Source: Azolla caroliniana
Lineage: Eukaryota; Plantae; Polypodiophyta
Direction of reading: 5' to 3'
Length of the DNA stretch: 15,089 nt
Assembly (NCBI GenBank): GCA_043228905.1
Contig: JBHGNT010000818.1
Span: 1 to 15,089 of the forward strand
Each line of letters starts with the position of its first letter. Position 1 is the stretch's first letter. A program made the translations under genes and the position numbers. This document shows positions 11,344 through 15,089 of this stretch, one piece after another. Below the pieces are notes generated by a model. That model was not told the DNA's origin. It saw nothing but the letters and a program-made list of their open reading frames with translations, and made no database searches.

Positions 11344-11506
11344 GAATGGCATTCCAGAGTTGCCTCTGAGGAGACTTCAGACAACATTGAACTGCTTCTG
11401 TACTCTAGAAGTTTTTTATGTTGAAAATATTCTGGGCTATTTCCAGAGTATTATATTATATATCTAAACATTGGGTGTTTTTTAAATCATCTGTTTTCTC
11501 CTAATT

Positions 11507-11696
11507 GGAGCTTTGTAGAAGACCCTGTATCATTAATTCTACGGGAGCCTTGTAAGAGGACCTGTATATCTTTAATTTGTATGTGAGGCCTTGTACACAG
11601 GATATATCTTTAATTCCTCAGGGGCCTTATAAAAGTTGTATCATTTATTTTTGCCAGCACTTTACAAAAGAACCTGTACATCAATTCCATTCCTCA
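11507..11696. repeat. degenerate ~36-42 bp minisatellite, about 5 copies, downstream of the PAM71 stop
   Basis: Units start near 11507, 11543, 11585, 11621 and 11656, with consensus roughly GGRGCCTTGTA...ACCTGTAT(AT)CWTTAATT. Confidence 0.7.
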
Positions 11697-12110
11697 TTTT
11701 CAGGATGTATTCATTTACTGAAAAATAATGTCCATTTATTCTGGAAGTTTCCATTTCTTAACACCTGTAGTGTGAGCTGTGTTCTTCATTCATGCACCCT
11801 TGCTTTTAATTCTGTGATTTTCTTTTTGCTTAAAAGATTTTTAGTTATTGCCTTGTATAATTAGTGTGTAAAATGATCATTTCTTGTATTTTAGTTGATG
11901 GCGTAGCCATTCTCCAAACACTCCCAAATGTGGGATTAATCGAATTCAGCTGAAATGACTGCTTTACAAAAGGAAAAGATTGAATGTTACAAGCAAATCA
12001 GCGTGTATTTTATAAAATAGGCTTAGCTGAGAACCAATACAATGAGAATTCATATGTAGTTACTAGTGATACTACAATATCATATCATTAGTAGTATTTC
12101 AAACTGCTAA

Positions 12111-12486
12111 GACTACAACCACTGTCAAACTGCAAGGGTATTTCAAATCAAAATCTAGAAACGAACGAAAACTTCTACTCTATAGTTGGTTTACAGTACT
12201 CATGAATAAATTCTTCATTTAAACCCTCTAATGAATGTCTATGAGTGGCATTGGTCATTATAGCCATCCTAATACTCCGACCTTGAAACTTATATAATAA
12301 GACAACAATCACAGCCAAACTGCAAGATTATTTCACATAAAAAGCCAGAAGTGAACCTAAACTAATGCTCTACAGTTGGTTTACAGTACTCATGGATAAT
12401 TTCTCCAATTGACCTGCTAATGAATTTCTATCTATGTGTGGCATCAGTCATTATAGTCATCCATACTACAACCTATAAACTTATAA
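12111..12486. repeat. old tandem duplication of ~190 bp (12111-12300, 12301-12486) between the convergent genes
   Basis: Collinear shared blocks CAAACTGCAAG, AGTTGGTTTACAGTACTCATG, CTAATGAAT, GTGGCAT..GTCATTATAG.CATCC and AAACTTATA. Confidence 0.9.
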
Positions 12487-13282
12487 CCCAGAAACTTTGC
12501 ATCTTTATAAGATCAAAACCAGCACCTACAGATTGATTGTATGACCATGACCATTAGATATCAGACCTATCTACATGTACATAACCAATTATTCGTGTAA
12601 TCATTCTTTAATTGTTTTACTCCAGTCATCAAATTTCTGCATGCTGCTGTTTTTGTTTAAATCTTAGTTGCCATCAGAGAAAGCCGGATCAGCTCAAATT
12701 AAACAACGAATTGAAAGACCTTCAAATAGCTAAAACCATTTCCCAAAAACTGCATAATCAAATTTATGTTTGTGAGCCTACTACAAATCAATACTAATGC
12801 TTGAACTAATGTCCCTTAATGTGTAAATGATTCTTTTGCATTATGTTCCTTTCACAAAAGCATTTGCACAACCACAAGACGAATGTCAAATCTGGAAATA
12901 AATGTTTGTCAGGTTTGCATTAGTTACACTTAGATAAAAGGTATAGTTTAAGACAAAAGTACATTGATAACTGTGAACGTGAGTCCAAGAAGATCTGATA
13001 TCTCTATGTATCAAACTGTAGATACAAAGTCAGAATTTCAAAGAGCTAGCTCAGATGATTGAATTCCGAGTCAAGACTTGAGGATAAATAGCTAATAGAT
13101 AGCTAATCATATAAAAGTTCAAAGATAGCTTTCCCATCTTAACCCCCAGAACTTCCATAAGTACTGAAACATCTCAAACTCTCAATATATCACTTGACAA
13201 TAGATCCTCCTGTGCAGACCTCAAACCTCAAATCTTCCATATATGGGTCACAAACAAAAACATATATTTAGGAAAATGTGAA

Positions 13283-15089
13283 CTATGATCTATAGAGAGC
13301 AGGACATCTTATTATAGCGGCATTTTCTTCCAAATGTGATAGTTTTGACACACCACTAAGTGAAGTGATTACACCTGGTGTGGTGCGTGCAAACTGGAGA
13401 GCGCATTGAATATCTGTTCTTGAATTTCCTAACTCAGGAAACCTTCCCTTCACATCTGGCCCTACTCCTCTTGCAATACTTCCCTACAATCATTAACAAA
13501 AAAACAAATATGACATAAAAAAACTGCTCACCATTTTGCAATTTTATAATTAAGTAATAGCATATGTTGTCATTTCACCTGGAAAAGTGGTGATGATGAA
13601 ATAACATTAATACCAAGCTGAGCTGCAGCTTGTAATAAAGGAAATCGTTTGCCTTTCACACTTTGAGTTGGGTTATTAGCAGCATCTTGAAGATGTAGGT
13701 TGAAGGGGACCATTACAACTTTGAAATGATGATTTTCCCCTATTGTGCAAAATGGTGGGTAAAATGAGGATATAGCTAACACATGAGAAACATTTTTGCT
13801 ATTTTCAGTTTCCTAATCCTTTAATCATTGCATAAAAAAAACGGTCTGTAAATTTGGTGAAGAGATTTACCACCAGCCTCTTTTGCAAATTTTACGAGCT
13901 CCTCTAGTGATAGATAGTTTTTGGATCCTGATGTGGTTCTAAAAGCATTCCATGAAGATACACCATACATGGAGATCTTTCCATCTGCTACAGCCTTCTC
14001 AAGGGCCACAAACACTTTTCGCATCCTTGAAAGAATCGTTTGCCGAGGAACCGCACTCATTTCAATCTCTGGATTGTGCACGTAGTATATATCGATTGTC
14101 TCCAGTCCAAGATTCCTTCTGCTGATGTCAAGCTGAAGAAGAATGAAAGTGTCAAACTCAATTGGCTGTGGCTGTGGAAGTGGACATTGCATATGTTTGA
14201 ACTACTATTTTTAACATTAATTTACAAAGTCTAATGCTGCCAAAATATATAAATTTTAGTTAATATTCTTTTGGCTTGAAACTTCTGTTGACATAGTTAA
14301 CACAAATTTCTCGTGTATTACGAATGCTTTTTCAAATACAACTATTAGAATATCCTGAGCTCATTAAAAAGGTGCAATTATGAAGAGCGTGGAAGTTATA
14401 ACACGGAGCTTGGAGGACATGGTAATGCTAACTATTTCTTAGTCTAGGATGATAAGGTAGATAACAAATAAGAGATCCTACAAACAGTACAGTCTAAGAG
14501 CAAGTCGAGGCATCCACACCAACCCATAAAAGAGTATTTATGAAAAGCAAGCCCATTAGCCATCATTCCATATCTTCTTATACATTTCACAGTAGCAATC
14601 TAGCATGTACTCTTACACATCAACATCACTATTAGAAAATCGCATTCATAATCCTGATTATGAGACAAGAATATTCTGGTGCACACAAGTGAGAGAATGG
14701 GAGAGATCGAGATGTATAATAGTAATAAACTAATGATTTAATTAAATGGATTACAAAAGTTTATAACTACACAAATATAAGTGTGAACCTAGAGTAGGAA
14801 AGAAGTTCATCTCATGAGTACACATTTTTGTCTCCAGTATACACAAATGCAAATTGATTCCAGTATATGCAATTCAGAAACCGGTTTATTCAACTCAACT
14901 TTTGTCTACCACCTCTTTAGGGAACACTGAAAAAGGCAACTAAACAACACTTTCAGTCAAATGCCATCTCACCTGATTGATAATAAATGGTGCGGAGAGC
15001 GAATGCACCCCTCCAACAAATTCATCCCACTCGAAAAGCCCAGTTTTTACATACTTATCTTCAATGTATGTACGAGGTTCCACACTCTC
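13283..15089 (-). CDS. aldo/keto reductase family protein, 3' four exons (5' part lies beyond the window)
   Basis: Minus-strand exons >=15089-14973, 14132-13871, 13739-13579 and 13483-13283 (TAG), with GT-AG introns in consistent phase. The spliced product reads ...GVHSLSAPFIINQ|LDISRRNLGLETIDIYYVHNPE...LEKAVADGKISMYGVSSW...|GENHHFKVVMVPFNL...LGINVISSSPLFQ|GSIARG...ALQFARTTPGVITSLSGVSKLSHLEENA. These are the AKR TIM-barrel motifs, including the conserved His and the C-terminal NADP-binding segments. Confidence 0.92.

Noticed and set aside
11507-12486. CRISPR-like array
   Set aside because: Eukaryotic context, degenerate repeats without unique spacers, and no cas genes.
5792-15089. Functional cluster of PAM71 with the AKR
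   Set aside because: Convergent neighbours ~1.9 kb apart. Adjacency alone gives no evidence of a shared pathway in a plant genome.

Overview
Eukaryotic land-plant nuclear DNA, possibly a non-flowering plant such as a fern (this assignment is inference). The left ~5.3 kb is transposon-rich. It holds the 5' end of a decayed Ty1/copia element on the minus strand (5' LTR 1532-1828, tRNAi-Met PBS, gag with zinc knuckle and protease motif, two in-frame stops), a G-tract tandem duplication and probable LTR remnants. The centre is a complete 11-exon gene (5792-11343, +, 399 aa by my exon model) for the chloroplast GDT1/UPF0016 Mn2+/Ca2+ transporter PAM71. It has a poly-His tract in the presequence, a palindrome-rich duplicated promoter, and a decayed internally repeated antisense ORF in intron 3. 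Converging from the right are the last four exons of an aldo-keto reductase (13283->15089, -). This protein looks like an uncharacterised bacterial/archaeal AKR subfamily rather than the usual plant AKRs, yet it has canonical spliceosomal introns. It is a candidate domesticated horizontal transfer and the most interesting item here. I found no multi-gene novel system that I can support.
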